From Raoultibacter sp. (GTDB lineage Bacteria; Actinomycetota; Coriobacteriia; Coriobacteriales; Eggerthellaceae): DNA of 64,000 bases. Where the stretch lies: contig JAVVPE010000002.1 of assembly GCA_036655915.1 (NCBI GenBank), forward strand, positions 362 through 64,361, in the 5' to 3' direction. This document shows positions 35,735 through 45,487 of the stretch, in pieces. Positions within the stretch are counted from its first letter, which is position 1. Every line of letters begins with the position of its first letter. Made by a program: the position numbers and the translations under genes. A model generated the notes under the pieces. That model did no database searches and had not been told where the DNA came from. It saw only the letters and a program-made list of their open reading frames with translations.

Positions 35735-37228
35735 CTAAGCAACCGGCTTGGCGGGGTATTCCATCAGTTCGTCGATGGTGATGAAGCGGTAGCCTTGTTC
35801 GGTCAATGTGGGCAGCGCGGTTTTAAGTGCTGCGAGCGTTTGGCTGCGATCGCCGCCGCCGTCGTGGCACAAAATCACGTCGCCGGGCGACACGTTGGTA
35901 AGGGCGCTTGTCACGCGTTCAACACCCGGTTGCCGCCAGTCGCCCGAGTCGATATTCCAGCCAATTTCGGCAGTTATCTGGGGTTCTATGGTTTGCCATA
36001 CGCTAAGGGGGAAATTTCCGCCGGGTGCGCGAAATACTTTGTTCGCTTCTGCGCCTGTGGCATTGGCGATAACTTCTTGACCTTTGGCCACTTCGGCCAC
36101 CTGTTCTTCGGGGGTCATATAGCTCATGTTTACACCTTGGCCCGACCCGCGCGCGTGATCAAACGAATGCGTGCACACCTGGTGGCCTTCATCAAAGGCG
36201 CGCTTGACCAGCTTGACGCCTTCGCCTTCGATGCGTTCGCCTACGGTGAAAAATGTCGCCTTGGCATTGTTTTGCTTGAGCACATCGAGTATGCCTTCGG
36301 TTGAGCCTGGCCAAGGACCATCATCAAAGGTGAGCGCCACCACTTTGTCGCCCTGGGTGTCGACGGCATATTTTTCATAGATGCGCGGCTGCATTTGGGC
36401 GGTGTCTTTCGTGACGGTTTTGCCCGACATCTTGCCGGTTAGGGTCGACCGCGTGCCGTTTTGGCCCAGCTGTGTCACCCGGTGAATTGCTCCGACGCCC
36501 TGCTCAATGGCTTGGGTGGGGATGACTTCTTCGGCGCTGGTGGCCTCTTCGGTCATGTTGTCGCCGTCGGTGATTTCAATGATGGCACCCTGGGGCAAAG
36601 GCTTTTTGCTATCGCTAACAGCTTCTCCGTTGACGGTTGCCGAAAACGGGTGACCTGAACCTTCTTCAAGCAGCGAATCATCAACGGCGATAAGGTTGCC
36701 GGGCTTGGGCGACGCGAAGCTTTCCGCAAACACGGTGTCCAAGTTTTTTTCACCACCCAATTGATGCTCAAGCCCGTTGACGGTTACGGTGATGGGCTGA
36801 GCTTGTACGAAGCCCCACAAGCCGAAGGCGCAAACAGCAGCAACACCTACCACTAGCAGCGGCTTTACAAAAGAGCGGTGTTTTTTGGGAGCCGGGTTAT
36901 TGCGGTTGCGGTAACGGTTGCTATCGCGGTAAGCGGCAGATTCGTTGCGGGGGTGACTTTGCGGCGGGCGGTTTTGCGCTGTTTGGCGAGCCGCTTCCTC
37001 GCGCGCGTTGTAGTGGGTGCGGGGTTGCGCACCGCGCGCGATGCGGGTGGTTGCGCGCTGGGATGATGGACCTTGTGTGGTATAGCGATCCCGCGCATAG
37101 GGATTTTCCCCCTGCGGGCGCGTGGGCGTTTCACGGCGATTGCGCGTTGTACCCGAGGGGGGTGTGCGATCGTTATGTGTATAGGGTTTCGTCACAGAGT
37201 CTCCGGGTTCGCTTTGTGCGTGGCGCAT
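35735..37228 (-). CDS. Membrane-anchored polysaccharide (peptidoglycan) deacetylase, NodB family
   Basis: Disordered basic N-terminus and one TM helix. NodB motifs VALTFDDGPWPG and HSFDH, plus LCHDGG. Confidence 0.85.
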   Translation of the reverse strand: MRHAQSEPGDSVTKPYTHNDRTPPSGTTRNRRETPTRPQGENPYARDRYTTQGPSSQRATTRIARGAQPRTHYNAREEAARQTAQNRPPQSHPRNESAAYRDSNRYRNRNNPAPKKHRSFVKPLLVVGVAAVCAFGLWGFVQAQPITVTVNGLEHQLGGEKNLDTVFAESFASPKPGNLIAVDDSLLEEGSGHPFSATVNGEAVSDSKKPLPQGAIIEITDGDNMTEEATSAEEVIPTQAIEQGVGAIHRVTQLGQNGTRSTLTGKMSGKTVTKDTAQMQPRIYEKYAVDTQGDKVVALTFDDGPWPGSTEGILDVLKQNNAKATFFTVGERIEGEGVKLVKRAFDEGHQVCTHSFDHARGSGQGVNMSYMTPEEQVAEVAKGQEVIANATGAEANKVFRAPGGNFPLSVWQTIEPQITAEIGWNIDSGDWRQPGVERVTSALTNVSPGDVILCHDGGGDRSQTLAALKTALPTLTEQGYRFITIDELMEYPAKPVA

Positions 37229-37419
37229 CCTACTAATATAGCAGCTATTTTATGTGCCGAAAAAAGAGACGGACATTTTCCATATCTGTCTTTTCAGGTC
37301 ATCATTCTACCTGAAATCTGTATGAAAGCCTAGTGTCCTTTATAAGAGGGCGTCGCGCAACGGGTATACTGGATAAAATCTTGTGTCGGGTCGGCTGGGA
37401 AAGCGTGAAGGGAAGTGCA

Positions 37420-38781
37420 ATGGGTGTTCGAAAGGTGTGTGCTGAAGGCATCAGCGCTGCAAGCACGTGGGTGCTGAAAAACGTGTTTCATCGCCCAGCG
37501 GCGAATTTCCCCGGAAAGATTGCGCTTTATGTTGACCCGCGCATAATCGCCGATCTGGCACCTAAGTTGCGGAAGGGATCCCTTGTCGTGTGTGGCACAA
37601 ACGGCAAAACAACCACGTGTAATCTGTTGGCGGATGCTTTGGAAACCGCAGGTGAAGCAGTCATTTGTAACCGCACCGGTGCCAACTTGGATTCGGGTGT
37701 GGCAAGCGCGCTTTTGCATGGCACTGCAGCCGACTGGGGCGTGTTTGAAAGCGACGAATTGTGGCTGGCCAAAATTTTGCCGCAGCTGCGTTCCCGCTAT
37801 CTGGTGTTGCTTAACCTGTTTCGCGATCAGCTTGATCGCTGTGGCGAAATCGACCGCATTCAGGAAAGCATCATCGGGGCCTTGGCAGCGTCGCCTGAAA
37901 CGGTGCTGGTCTATAACGCCGATGATCCGCTGTGCGCCGCTATTGCCCTGAAGGCGCCCAATAAAACCATCGCCTTTGGTATTGGGGAAGATTTGCACCT
38001 GGAGCAAAACACGGTGGCCGATGCCCAGATGTGCCAGATGTGCGCGAGCATGCTGGGCTATACCTATCGCCAGTACGGTCAGCTGGGGGATTTTGCTTGC
38101 CCCACCTGCGGGTTCAAGCGGGCGCAGCTCGATTTTGCCGCACGGGATGTGCGTGTGGGCAAAGAGGGGCTTGCCTTCGCAGTGGAAACGACTATTGCCG
38201 AAAAGCCGCACAAAGTGGCTGCCATTCAGTCGCGCTACAGCGGTGCTTACATGGTATATAACCTGTTGGCTACGTTTACTGCGGCGCATCTTGCCGGGTG
38301 TTCGTGCGAAAACTTCCAAAAAGCGGTTGATGCCTACGATCCGCAAAACGGGCGCTTGCAAGATTTTGTGGTGGCCGGCCGCTCGGTTTTGCTGAACTTG
38401 GCAAAAAATCCCACCGGATTCAACCAGAACATGAAACTGATTATTCAAGATGATGCGCCGTGTGCGGTTGCCTTTTTTGTGAACGATAAAGAGGGCGACG
38501 GCCACGATGTTTCCTGGTTGTGGGATGTTGATTTTGAAGAGCTGGCCGCACAGCCCGACGTCATGGTTTTTGCGGGTGGCCTGCGAAAAAACGATGTTCA
38601 GGTGCGGCTGAAATATGCAGGGATCACTTCGGTTTTGGTCGAGGGCGCCGCCGACGTGTTTGCCCACATTTCTGAAACGCCCAGCGCGCGCAGCGTGTAC
38701 CTGATTGCAAACTATACGGCGTTGCCACCCGTGCATGCTGAATTGACGCAGATGACGGCGCCCGCCGTAAAGGAGGATTAA
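37420..38781 (+). CDS. murT: Lipid II isoglutaminyl synthase, Mur-ligase-like subunit MurT
   Basis: GTNGKTTT P-loop, Cys4 ribbon (CQMC...CPTCG), DUF1727-type C-terminus. ATG 37420 chosen by comparison with typical MurT N-termini; the track ORF begins at 37333. Confidence 0.85.
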   Translation: MGVRKVCAEGISAASTWVLKNVFHRPAANFPGKIALYVDPRIIADLAPKLRKGSLVVCGTNGKTTTCNLLADALETAGEAVICNRTGANLDSGVASALLHGTAADWGVFESDELWLAKILPQLRSRYLVLLNLFRDQLDRCGEIDRIQESIIGALAASPETVLVYNADDPLCAAIALKAPNKTIAFGIGEDLHLEQNTVADAQMCQMCASMLGYTYRQYGQLGDFACPTCGFKRAQLDFAARDVRVGKEGLAFAVETTIAEKPHKVAAIQSRYSGAYMVYNLLATFTAAHLAGCSCENFQKAVDAYDPQNGRLQDFVVAGRSVLLNLAKNPTGFNQNMKLIIQDDAPCAVAFFVNDKEGDGHDVSWLWDVDFEELAAQPDVMVFAGGLRKNDVQVRLKYAGITSVLVEGAADVFAHISETPSARSVYLIANYTALPPVHAELTQMTAPAVKED

Positions 38782-38784
38782 GCG

Positions 38785-39540
38785 ATGCAAGCGACGCAAC
38801 TAACGCAGCCGACGCAAACGCTCAAAATTGCCTACCTGTTTCCCGATTTGCTCAACCTCTACGGCGATGGCGGCAATGTCACTTGCCTGCGTAAACGCTG
38901 CGAATGGCGTGCTATTCCCGTTGAGGTTGTCATGGTGCGCCACGGCGAACACATTGATTTTTCGCAGGTTGACATCGTGTTTTTGGGGGGCGGCCCCGAC
39001 CGCGAACAACGCCTTGCCGCCGAAGAGCTTTTGCGCATGAAGGAAGATTTGCGTGCCTATGTGGAAGATGATGGCGTGCTGTTGGCCATTTGCGGTGGCT
39101 ACCAACTGTTGGGCACCGAGTGGCTTTTGGGCAGCGAAAGCGTGGAAGGTCTGGGTATCATCGACATGGCTACCCGTCCGGGGGGCGCCGATCGCTTGAT
39201 CGACAATATCGTAGTGGAAACCACGGTGTGCAAAAGCCCGGTGGTGGGCTACGAAAACCACGCAGGACGCACGGTGTTGGGCGCTGGCATGCTGCCTTTC
39301 GGTAAAGTCGTTTCCAAAACAGGCCATGGTAACAACGACGAAAGCGGCTGCGACGGCGTGCTCTACCGTAATCTTATCGGGTCGTATCTTCACGGACCGC
39401 TGCTAGGGAAAAACCCAGAAGTGGCTGACTACCTGCTGAAATGCGCGCTTGAAAAGCGTCAGGGATCTCCCGTAACCCTGGCTGCCCTCGATGATTCCGT
39501 GGAAGCTGCCGCCAATGCCTTTGTCTGCGAGCATTGCTAG
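38785..39540 (+). CDS. gatD: Lipid II isoglutaminyl synthase, glutaminase subunit GatD (CobQ-like amidotransferase)
   Basis: Begins 4 nt after murT. Catalytic AICGGYQLLG and YLHGP motifs. Confidence 0.85.
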   Translation: MQATQLTQPTQTLKIAYLFPDLLNLYGDGGNVTCLRKRCEWRAIPVEVVMVRHGEHIDFSQVDIVFLGGGPDREQRLAAEELLRMKEDLRAYVEDDGVLLAICGGYQLLGTEWLLGSESVEGLGIIDMATRPGGADRLIDNIVVETTVCKSPVVGYENHAGRTVLGAGMLPFGKVVSKTGHGNNDESGCDGVLYRNLIGSYLHGPLLGKNPEVADYLLKCALEKRQGSPVTLAALDDSVEAAANAFVCEHC

Positions 39541-39701
39541 CATACAGCTTGGATGATTCCGCTTCGTCACAAGCGCCCGCCTGCCATCTGTGGGGTGGCG
39601 CACATTTCGCCGCAGCCTAGCCCGGGTGATTTAGTGGTGTTTTACAAGAAAAACAGCCGGTGGCTTGTGTCGGGGGCAGCATTTCAGGCACAATAGCGCT
39701 T

Positions 39702-41204
39702 ATGGATGAGAAAAATCGCAACACGCAATCACGTCCCACGCGGCCTCGATTAACCGACCCCGGCTACGGCCGCTCTCGCATCGAGGATACGTCGCGCGGC
39801 GCAAACGCTGAAGACGAACGCTATTCGCGTCGCGCTTCTTCGGCTCAATATGCCCAGCAGCGTCAGCAGCAGAAGAGAAAAAAGCGTACGCGCATCGTGC
39901 TTATTGTCGCAGCGGTGCTGCTTGCGGTGGTGCTGGGTTCGGTTGGTGCCGCCTTCGCCTACTATAATGGCATTTCAAACAACCTGCATGAAGGCCTTTC
40001 TGACGACTTAAAAGATGTGCTGGTAAAATCCGAGATTACAAAAGAGCCGTTTTACATGGTGCTTATGGGCACCGATAAATCGAACGAACGCGAGGCGTCG
40101 GGCGATTTTGGCGAATCTTACCGTTCTGATTCCCTGATGCTGGCTCGCATCGACCCGGTAAGCAAAAAAGTCACGCTGGTTTCCCTGCATCGGGATACCC
40201 TTATTGACATGGGCAAAAACGGCAAGCAAAAGCTCAATGCCGCCTATTCTATCGGTGGGCCGGCCTATACGGTTGAAACGGTTTCCAAGCTGGCAGGCGT
40301 GCCCATTTCCCATTATGCAGAAATCAACTTCAACGGCTTCAAAGATATCGTTGATGCCTTAGGGGGCATCGAGGTCGATGTGCCGATGGAAATTGATGAT
40401 GCGGATGCGGGGGGTCATGTGTCGGCTGGCATGCAGACACTCAATGGTGACCAGGCGCTCATTTTGTGCCGCGCCCGGCATGCCTACGACGAATACGGCG
40501 ATGGCGACGTGTATCGCGCCGCCAACCAACGCCTGGTTATTGGGGCTATTGCGAAGAAGATTCTCAGTGCCGATTTGGCCACTATGGCCAACACCGTTTC
40601 GGCATTTTCCCAGTACATGACCACCGATTTGGAAGTGACTGATGTGGTGGCGCTGGCTCAGGCCTTGCGGGGGCTTGATACGTCCAAAGACATTTATTCC
40701 GCCATGGAACCGACAACTTCAGAATATATCGAAGGTGACGGATGGTATGAATACTGTAATACGGCCGCCTGGCAAGCGATGATGAAGCGTGTCAATGAGG
40801 GTCTGCCGCCCACGACCGAAGATGAAGTGGATACGCTTTCGGGCACAGTGTTGGCCAATACGGGCGACGGCAAGGCGGGTACGGCTTCGCCTGCAGGTGG
40901 ATCAAGTGGGCAAACAGCAGGAGCCAAGAAGACGGGCAGTGTTATTGTGAAAAATGGCAGCGGCGCCGATGGTGTGGCTGCGGCGGCGGCAGCCAAGTTG
41001 ACGCCCCAGGGCTACACCGTCGAAACCGGCAACGCCGACGGCTTTGACTACACGCAGACTATCGTTGTGTACAATTCCAGCCATCAAGCTAACGAAGCCA
41101 AAGAAATCGCCACGGCTTTGGGTATAGGAAAAGCGCAGGTAAACGACGGCAGCTTTGCGTTTACGGGGGATTTTTTGGTTGTGGTCGGCTCCGACTTCCT
41201 GTAG
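39702..41204 (+). CDS. LCP (LytR-CpsA-Psr) family cell-wall glycopolymer transferase with a LytR_C domain
   Basis: Basic cytoplasmic tail and one TM helix. LCP core FYMVLMGTD...RSDSLMLARIDP...SLHRD. C-terminal LytR_C-like VIVKNGSGADGVAA. ATG 39702 is preferred over GTG 39660. Confidence 0.85.
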   Translation: MDEKNRNTQSRPTRPRLTDPGYGRSRIEDTSRGANAEDERYSRRASSAQYAQQRQQQKRKKRTRIVLIVAAVLLAVVLGSVGAAFAYYNGISNNLHEGLSDDLKDVLVKSEITKEPFYMVLMGTDKSNEREASGDFGESYRSDSLMLARIDPVSKKVTLVSLHRDTLIDMGKNGKQKLNAAYSIGGPAYTVETVSKLAGVPISHYAEINFNGFKDIVDALGGIEVDVPMEIDDADAGGHVSAGMQTLNGDQALILCRARHAYDEYGDGDVYRAANQRLVIGAIAKKILSADLATMANTVSAFSQYMTTDLEVTDVVALAQALRGLDTSKDIYSAMEPTTSEYIEGDGWYEYCNTAAWQAMMKRVNEGLPPTTEDEVDTLSGTVLANTGDGKAGTASPAGGSSGQTAGAKKTGSVIVKNGSGADGVAAAAAAKLTPQGYTVETGNADGFDYTQTIVVYNSSHQANEAKEIATALGIGKAQVNDGSFAFTGDFLVVVGSDFL

Positions 41205-41206
41205 TA

Positions 41207-41355
41207 CAACCTGACGGCGCGCCCTGGTGGGCATATAACCGTTCAAGCCTTTCGCGGCTTTCGTGCGCGTACAGGGAGTACGCTTACTTCAAGCAGCTCT
41301 GTCTTTCACGATTATCTGCTCCGCCAGGACGTGCCTGACATTGTCGTTGTTGATT
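41207..41355 (+). repeat. Copy C of the ~148-nt structured repeat
   Basis: Starts CAACCTGACGGCG 3 nt after the LCP stop and ends at a second CAACCTG (41356). Nearly identical to copy B. Confidence 0.85.
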
Positions 41356-41368
41356 CAACCTGTGGCGG

Positions 41369-42235
41369 CTATCTGGCTTTTAGGCCTTGCGTGATTTGTT
41401 GGAAGAAATCTGCGCTCCACAGGCGTAGGGAGGCTGTGTCGTTAAGGAAGGGTGCGACGTCGCGCTTGGCGTCTTCGTAGTCAATCGCATTGAATCTTTG
41501 GCACAGCATGTCTTGTACGTCGTTTATTCCCAGCGCTGTTCCCTCTTCAATAAACTTGGTTTGTACAAGCTTTGCGCTTAGATGTGCTACATTTACGCTT
41601 GTGCTGCGGGAAAGATAGAATACATAGTCGTAGAGGTCGCGCCCCTTTACGCGATTTTTCCATCCCCGGCATAATACGGCGTGGATTTTCCCCGCAAAAA
41701 GCGATGCCTGATCATAGAGGTTAATCTCGTAGGGTGCGGGCAGTAGTCTGTAGTGACGCTTAAAGGTTGCGCCTTGAGCGGGATGTGTATCGATTTCAAA
41801 TTTTATCTTTATTTTTTCTTCACGTGAGACGCTGCTTACTACCGCGTCTTCTGCATAGAAAAGCAGCATATGCTCAAGCGTATTCGCTTTGAGGAAAGCC
41901 GAACAAATGGCGGAATCGTTGGTCTTCTCTTTCTTCTCAATTGTCATGTTAAGGCCAAAAGAGCGCACTTCTTTTTCAAGCACAGGAAAGAATGTGGCGA
42001 GCTCAAACGACTGATTGGGCACCGTGAGCGAGAAGTCAAGGTCTTCCGAAAAGCGATCCAAGCCGTAGAATATTCGTAAGGCTGTTCCGCCGTAAAAGGC
42101 TGCATAATCAAAAAATCCTGCACGCGATAGACCACATAGTACAATTTCTTGCATAACTTCTTTGACGGCGTTTTTTTGGTCGTTCAGCGTTTTGGCACTC
42201 TGTGCCCGTATCATGGTTTCGAAGGGTGCGCTCAT
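41369..42235 (-). CDS. AbiEii/AbiGii family nucleotidyltransferase toxin (type IV TA)
   Basis: DUF1814-type NTase pattern (FYGGTALRIFYGLDRFSEDLDF). ATG 42235 is preceded by GAGGAGG and overlaps the AbiEi stop (ATGA). The alternative ATG is 42253. Confidence 0.8.
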   Translation of the reverse strand: MSAPFETMIRAQSAKTLNDQKNAVKEVMQEIVLCGLSRAGFFDYAAFYGGTALRIFYGLDRFSEDLDFSLTVPNQSFELATFFPVLEKEVRSFGLNMTIEKKEKTNDSAICSAFLKANTLEHMLLFYAEDAVVSSVSREEKIKIKFEIDTHPAQGATFKRHYRLLPAPYEINLYDQASLFAGKIHAVLCRGWKNRVKGRDLYDYVFYLSRSTSVNVAHLSAKLVQTKFIEEGTALGINDVQDMLCQRFNAIDYEDAKRDVAPFLNDTASLRLWSADFFQQITQGLKAR

Positions 42236-42816
42236 GGGAGCCTCCTCAGACACTGGTCAAGCAGTTTGACGTTTGTGCAGCGGTACTTGTTTTTAAAAGA
42301 GTGGATTTTTTGGGCATCGAGTTTTTCGAAGTCGCTTTTGTCAATGCGCAGGTGGTCGAAAATCAAAGGCAGCAACGCTCGTTGGCTAGTCACAGGCGGT
42401 AATGTGTAGAGCTGGTCGCACAAGGCCTTTTCGGGGCAGGCCATGCGGAAGGAATAATCGCCCTCTTTGCAAACGTCTATACCCAAGGGGAAGGCGGCGG
42501 TTGGCACATCGCGGTAGGTGAAGCGGCCAAACGGTGTTTCATATTCCTTTTTCTTTTTCTTTTCAAATGTCGCGCAGGTGATGGCCGACACGCGCTCGGG
42601 AATGAGCCCATGCCAACTCAGCGCAAATTGGAACGAGATGTACGATGGCCCGTAGATACTGCCCGCTAAAAGATAGGGCGATGTCGCCCGGTCGGTTTCG
42701 TAAAGGCCTTTGACAAGGGGAAAAATCTGCCCAGCCTTGACCATGCGGGCAAGCTTGTTCGCAGGCGCACGGTAGTCTGATAACTGTTCTAGCAGCATAG
42801 CATGAGTTTGAATCAT
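42232..42816 (-). CDS. AbiEi family antitoxin/transcriptional regulator
   Basis: N-terminus LARMVKAGQIFPLVKGLYE and the pattern SIYGPSYISFQFALSWHGLIPE are typical of AbiEi. Confidence 0.8.
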   Translation of the reverse strand: MIQTHAMLLEQLSDYRAPANKLARMVKAGQIFPLVKGLYETDRATSPYLLAGSIYGPSYISFQFALSWHGLIPERVSAITCATFEKKKKKEYETPFGRFTYRDVPTAAFPLGIDVCKEGDYSFRMACPEKALCDQLYTLPPVTSQRALLPLIFDHLRIDKSDFEKLDAQKIHSFKNKYRCTNVKLLDQCLRRLP

Positions 42817-43153
42817 CTATTTTCACCTCAAAATTGCATTATAGTCAATTAAGTGGTGAAAATCAATAATAATGGGGGGGAAGCCACGTGGATTATTCTT
42901 CCAAAGCGCACACGTGACCAATCCTTTATGCCCTGGGTTTTGAATATGAGATTCCCGCGTAACCTTTAGCCGAAAAGCTTAAAACGCCACGACGCGTAGG
43001 CTCCTAGCAAGAACGACAAAGCTGCCAAGCTAAGAGTTGCATAGAGAGGGTCGTACACTGGCTTTGAACAGGAAAAATATAAAGAAATGGGCAAAATTTT
43101 CAGGGAGTATATCTATAAAAATAGAGGGAAAAATGCTATACTATTTGAAGGAA

Positions 43154-43618
43154 TTAGCAAGGTATCTGGTGCCTACAAAAGCTTGAAATCAGGGTCTGTT
43201 TTAAGTCAGCGAAAAACTTCATCACAGGCGTTTCAAAGCAGGTTTTTGGCACATACAACACCTTCAAGAACGGCGGTAAAAAATGAGCAACCCCTACAAG
43301 CTCGACACCTTCCCCGATGACAAAACGCTCGAACGTGAAGCGCGCAGATGTTCCATGCTTGCGTATTGCCCTGATCGCACCTTTTCCTTTTGCTTGAAAA
43401 AGTGGGTAAATGTGAATCACGAATTGATGTTTCGCAAAGTAACCTTCAAGCACTGCTACGAATGCCAACACGAAGTAGACTAATCGCGCAAGTCGCGCAT
43501 AAGCCGCAAGCAGGCCATCTTCCAAGGTGGTCTTTTCTTTTGGCTGTGCCGCAGAACTATCTTCTCGCGAAGCTAAGTAGGGGTGCGAGGTTGCCGTAGG
43601 TGTCATATGCTCCCGCAT
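43154..43618 (-). CDS. Hypothetical ORF; coding status doubtful
   Basis: 154-aa ORF in low-GC DNA. It overlaps the 3' end of the Fic gene by 62 nt. No motif recognised, and a competing + strand ORF lies at 43283-43483. Confidence 0.2.
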   Translation of the reverse strand: MREHMTPTATSHPYLASREDSSAAQPKEKTTLEDGLLAAYARLARLVYFVLAFVAVLEGYFAKHQFVIHIYPLFQAKGKGAIRAIRKHGTSARFTFERFVIGEGVELVGVAHFLPPFLKVLYVPKTCFETPVMKFFADLKQTLISSFCRHQIPC

Positions 43619-44177
43619 ATTCTAAAGCTGCGATGTAGTCACTACGCACCGACCCTTCACGGATAAGGGCTTCATCACTCCAGGAAAACGGAGGATGTCC
43701 AAATGAAGCCAAAATAAGGTCGGCCATCTGACGCGTTTGACGACCATTGCCGTTAGGGAAGGGGTGGATGCATACAAGTCTCCAATGAAACCAGATGGCA
43801 AACGATTCGATTGCATCGTCGCTTTCGTTAAGATAGCGCGCCCTCACCTTCGCATCTTCAAGCAGATTTCTTACCTCGACACTTATCCGCTCGAAAAAGA
43901 TTCCAATACTGGTGTCGTGTGTGCGATATGTTCCTGCCCATGACCAGACATCGCCAAACATACGCCGATGGACATCACGCACGCAGGTGTCGCTTAAGAG
44001 GTAGGCAAGGTCGCAATAGCGTTTCTGGTGTGTTTTGAAATACAGCTTGGCCTGTGCTATGTTGCCCGACTCGACCCAGTTTAGGTCTTCGCGCGTCATA
44101 ACTCCTTTAATTTTAAGGCCTTTGTAGTCTTGGTCGTCAAGGGGCGTGGCACCGATAGGCAAGGTGTCGGACGTCAT
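43557..44177 (-). CDS. Fic family protein ('mobile mystery protein B' type)
   Basis: Fic active-site motif HPFPNGNGRQTR. 206 aa. Overlaps the upstream HTH gene by 1 nt. Confidence 0.85.
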   Translation of the reverse strand: MTSDTLPIGATPLDDQDYKGLKIKGVMTREDLNWVESGNIAQAKLYFKTHQKRYCDLAYLLSDTCVRDVHRRMFGDVWSWAGTYRTHDTSIGIFFERISVEVRNLLEDAKVRARYLNESDDAIESFAIWFHWRLVCIHPFPNGNGRQTRQMADLILASFGHPPFSWSDEALIREGSVRSDYIAALEYAGAYDTYGNLAPLLSFARR

Positions 44178-44671
44178 TATCTGCTCCAGAGAGAATAGTG
44201 GCGCAGTAAGCTTTGTTTTGCCTGTTCTCTATCGAGAAAGTCTTCTGATTGTTGGTCTTCGAGCGCCATGGTCGTATCGGTTTGTGCGGCGATTGTTCCG
44301 ACTACTTTGTCCACTTGGCGCTCAAAGGTTTCTTCAAGGCTGGTATGGGGAACAAAGGCATAGACAAGCTGGCAATCAAGCGCTTCAGCAGCACGGGCAA
44401 GGGAAGAAAGCGTAATGCCCCCAGAAACTTCTCCTCGCTCCATTGAGCGCACGGAGGTTTCGGTAATACCGAGATGCTGGTTGCCATTTTTAGCGCGGGC
44501 AGCACCGGGTGCTATACGGGCACCAAGCTGTTGGGCACTCATGCCTAAAGACTGTCTAATCGTGCGAATCCAGCCCTCTTCTGGCACGCCAAGAAAAGGG
44601 AGATTTTTGAGAGAAGCGAGGTTTTTGTCCAGCAATTTACGGGTCAATGCCAGTCCTTGGATTCTATCCAT
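44177..44671 (-). CDS. HTH (XRE-like) protein, 'mobile mystery protein A' type
   Basis: EEGWIRTIRQSLGMSAQQLGARI helix-turn-helix. Conserved pairing with the Fic partner. Confidence 0.75.
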   Translation of the reverse strand: MDRIQGLALTRKLLDKNLASLKNLPFLGVPEEGWIRTIRQSLGMSAQQLGARIAPGAARAKNGNQHLGITETSVRSMERGEVSGGITLSSLARAAEALDCQLVYAFVPHTSLEETFERQVDKVVGTIAAQTDTTMALEDQQSEDFLDREQAKQSLLRHYSLWSR

Positions 44672-44780
44672 CGATACTCCTCTAGCGTTGAAAATAATAT
44701 GATAGGTAATATATTAGCGAAAGCATAGAGTTACAGCAATAGTAAAGTAGCGATTATTGTAGCTTTTAGTGAAACTTCAT

Positions 44781-44821
44781 TTGCACGTTTCTAAGGTTTA
44801 GCAGCACTATCTTTGGGTGAT
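44781..44821 (-). repeat. 41-bp direct repeat, copy 1 (contains the 19-bp motif TTGCACGTTTCTAAGGTTT)
   Basis: 40/41 identical to 46965-47005. Lies upstream of the mobile-mystery operon (minus strand). Confidence 0.9.
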
Positions 44822-44840
44822 CTAGGGGCTATAACTCCTC

Positions 44841-45110
44841 TTAGCTGGCTGTTCGCTGCAAAATGAGGGCTTCGATATGCGCGGTGTCGGTATCGAGTTC
44901 ATAGGTGTAGACAAGATCGAAGGGGTTTGTGGCCACCTTGCGTACTGCATCCCCAAATCTTTGCTTGATGGAGTCTGGCACATTGCTGCTGCCAAAAGCG
45001 CCGAAGGCTTCAATGTTGTCCAGGTTTTCATAGATGCGCTTTTCCACCTGGGCAGACGTGACGCGGGCTAAGTCGTCGGCAAAGCGATAGGAATACTCCA
45101 ATTTAGGCAT
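44841..45110 (-). CDS. RelE/ParE family toxin (probable)
   Basis: Start at ATG 45110 (MPKLEYSYRFADDLARV...), 89 aa. Overlaps the upstream antitoxin gene by 8 nt. The C-terminal FDLVYTYELDTDTAHIEALILQR pattern resembles ParE. Confidence 0.6.
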   Translation of the reverse strand: MPKLEYSYRFADDLARVTSAQVEKRIYENLDNIEAFGAFGSSNVPDSIKQRFGDAVRKVATNPFDLVYTYELDTDTAHIEALILQRTAS

Positions 45111-45393
45111 GCGCCGCGCGCTTTTCGGCAACGGCTGCCACAAGATCAGCGCGCGAAGTATAGCTGCGCCCTTGGGCAAAATCTGAGCGGGATTGACGCA
45201 GGGCATCGGCCATCCTCGCTTCATAGAGGGCAGCTTCTACTGCGTTGTCAATTTCGCGCTTAAGCACCTTTTCGGATACGAAAGCATACTTGCCACGACC
45301 GTTTTCGGTGATGTGCACGATTTCTCGGTCGGCTATCGCCTTGATTTCGCGCTGCTGGTTTTTCAAAGCTGTCGAAGGATAGATTGCCGGCAT
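45103..45393 (-). CDS. Phd/YefM-type antitoxin (probable)
   Basis: Start at ATG 45393 (GGAGGAG upstream). MPAIYPSTALKNQQREIKAIADREIVHITENGRGKYAFVSEKVL fits the prevent-host-death fold pattern. Confidence 0.6.
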   Translation of the reverse strand: MPAIYPSTALKNQQREIKAIADREIVHITENGRGKYAFVSEKVLKREIDNAVEAALYEARMADALRQSRSDFAQGRSYTSRADLVAAVAEKRAAHA

Positions 45394-45487
45394 AAAAAAC
45401 TCCTCCCTAGCAAAGACCGTAATTGCGGTCTTATTTAGGTATGATTCTAACACAGATTGCTCGCACTCGTTCTTCTTGCTCTAGCAT

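Noticed and set aside
37293-37319. 8-bp-stem palindrome TTTCAGGT-N-ACCTGAAA between the divergent deacetylase and murT genes
   Set aside because: It could be an operator, but it is a single short palindrome without repeats or a known motif. That is not enough to call a regulatory site.
37330-38799. 489-aa minus-strand ORF opposite murT
   Set aside because: It mirrors murT almost end to end. MurT has a P-loop, a Cys4 ribbon and an operon partner (gatD), and the antisense frame has none of these.
43283-43483. 66-aa + strand ORF (MSNPYKLDTFPDD...) in the island gap
   Set aside because: There is no RBS and no motif, and it is antisense to another equally weak ORF. I cannot decide between them from the sequence alone.
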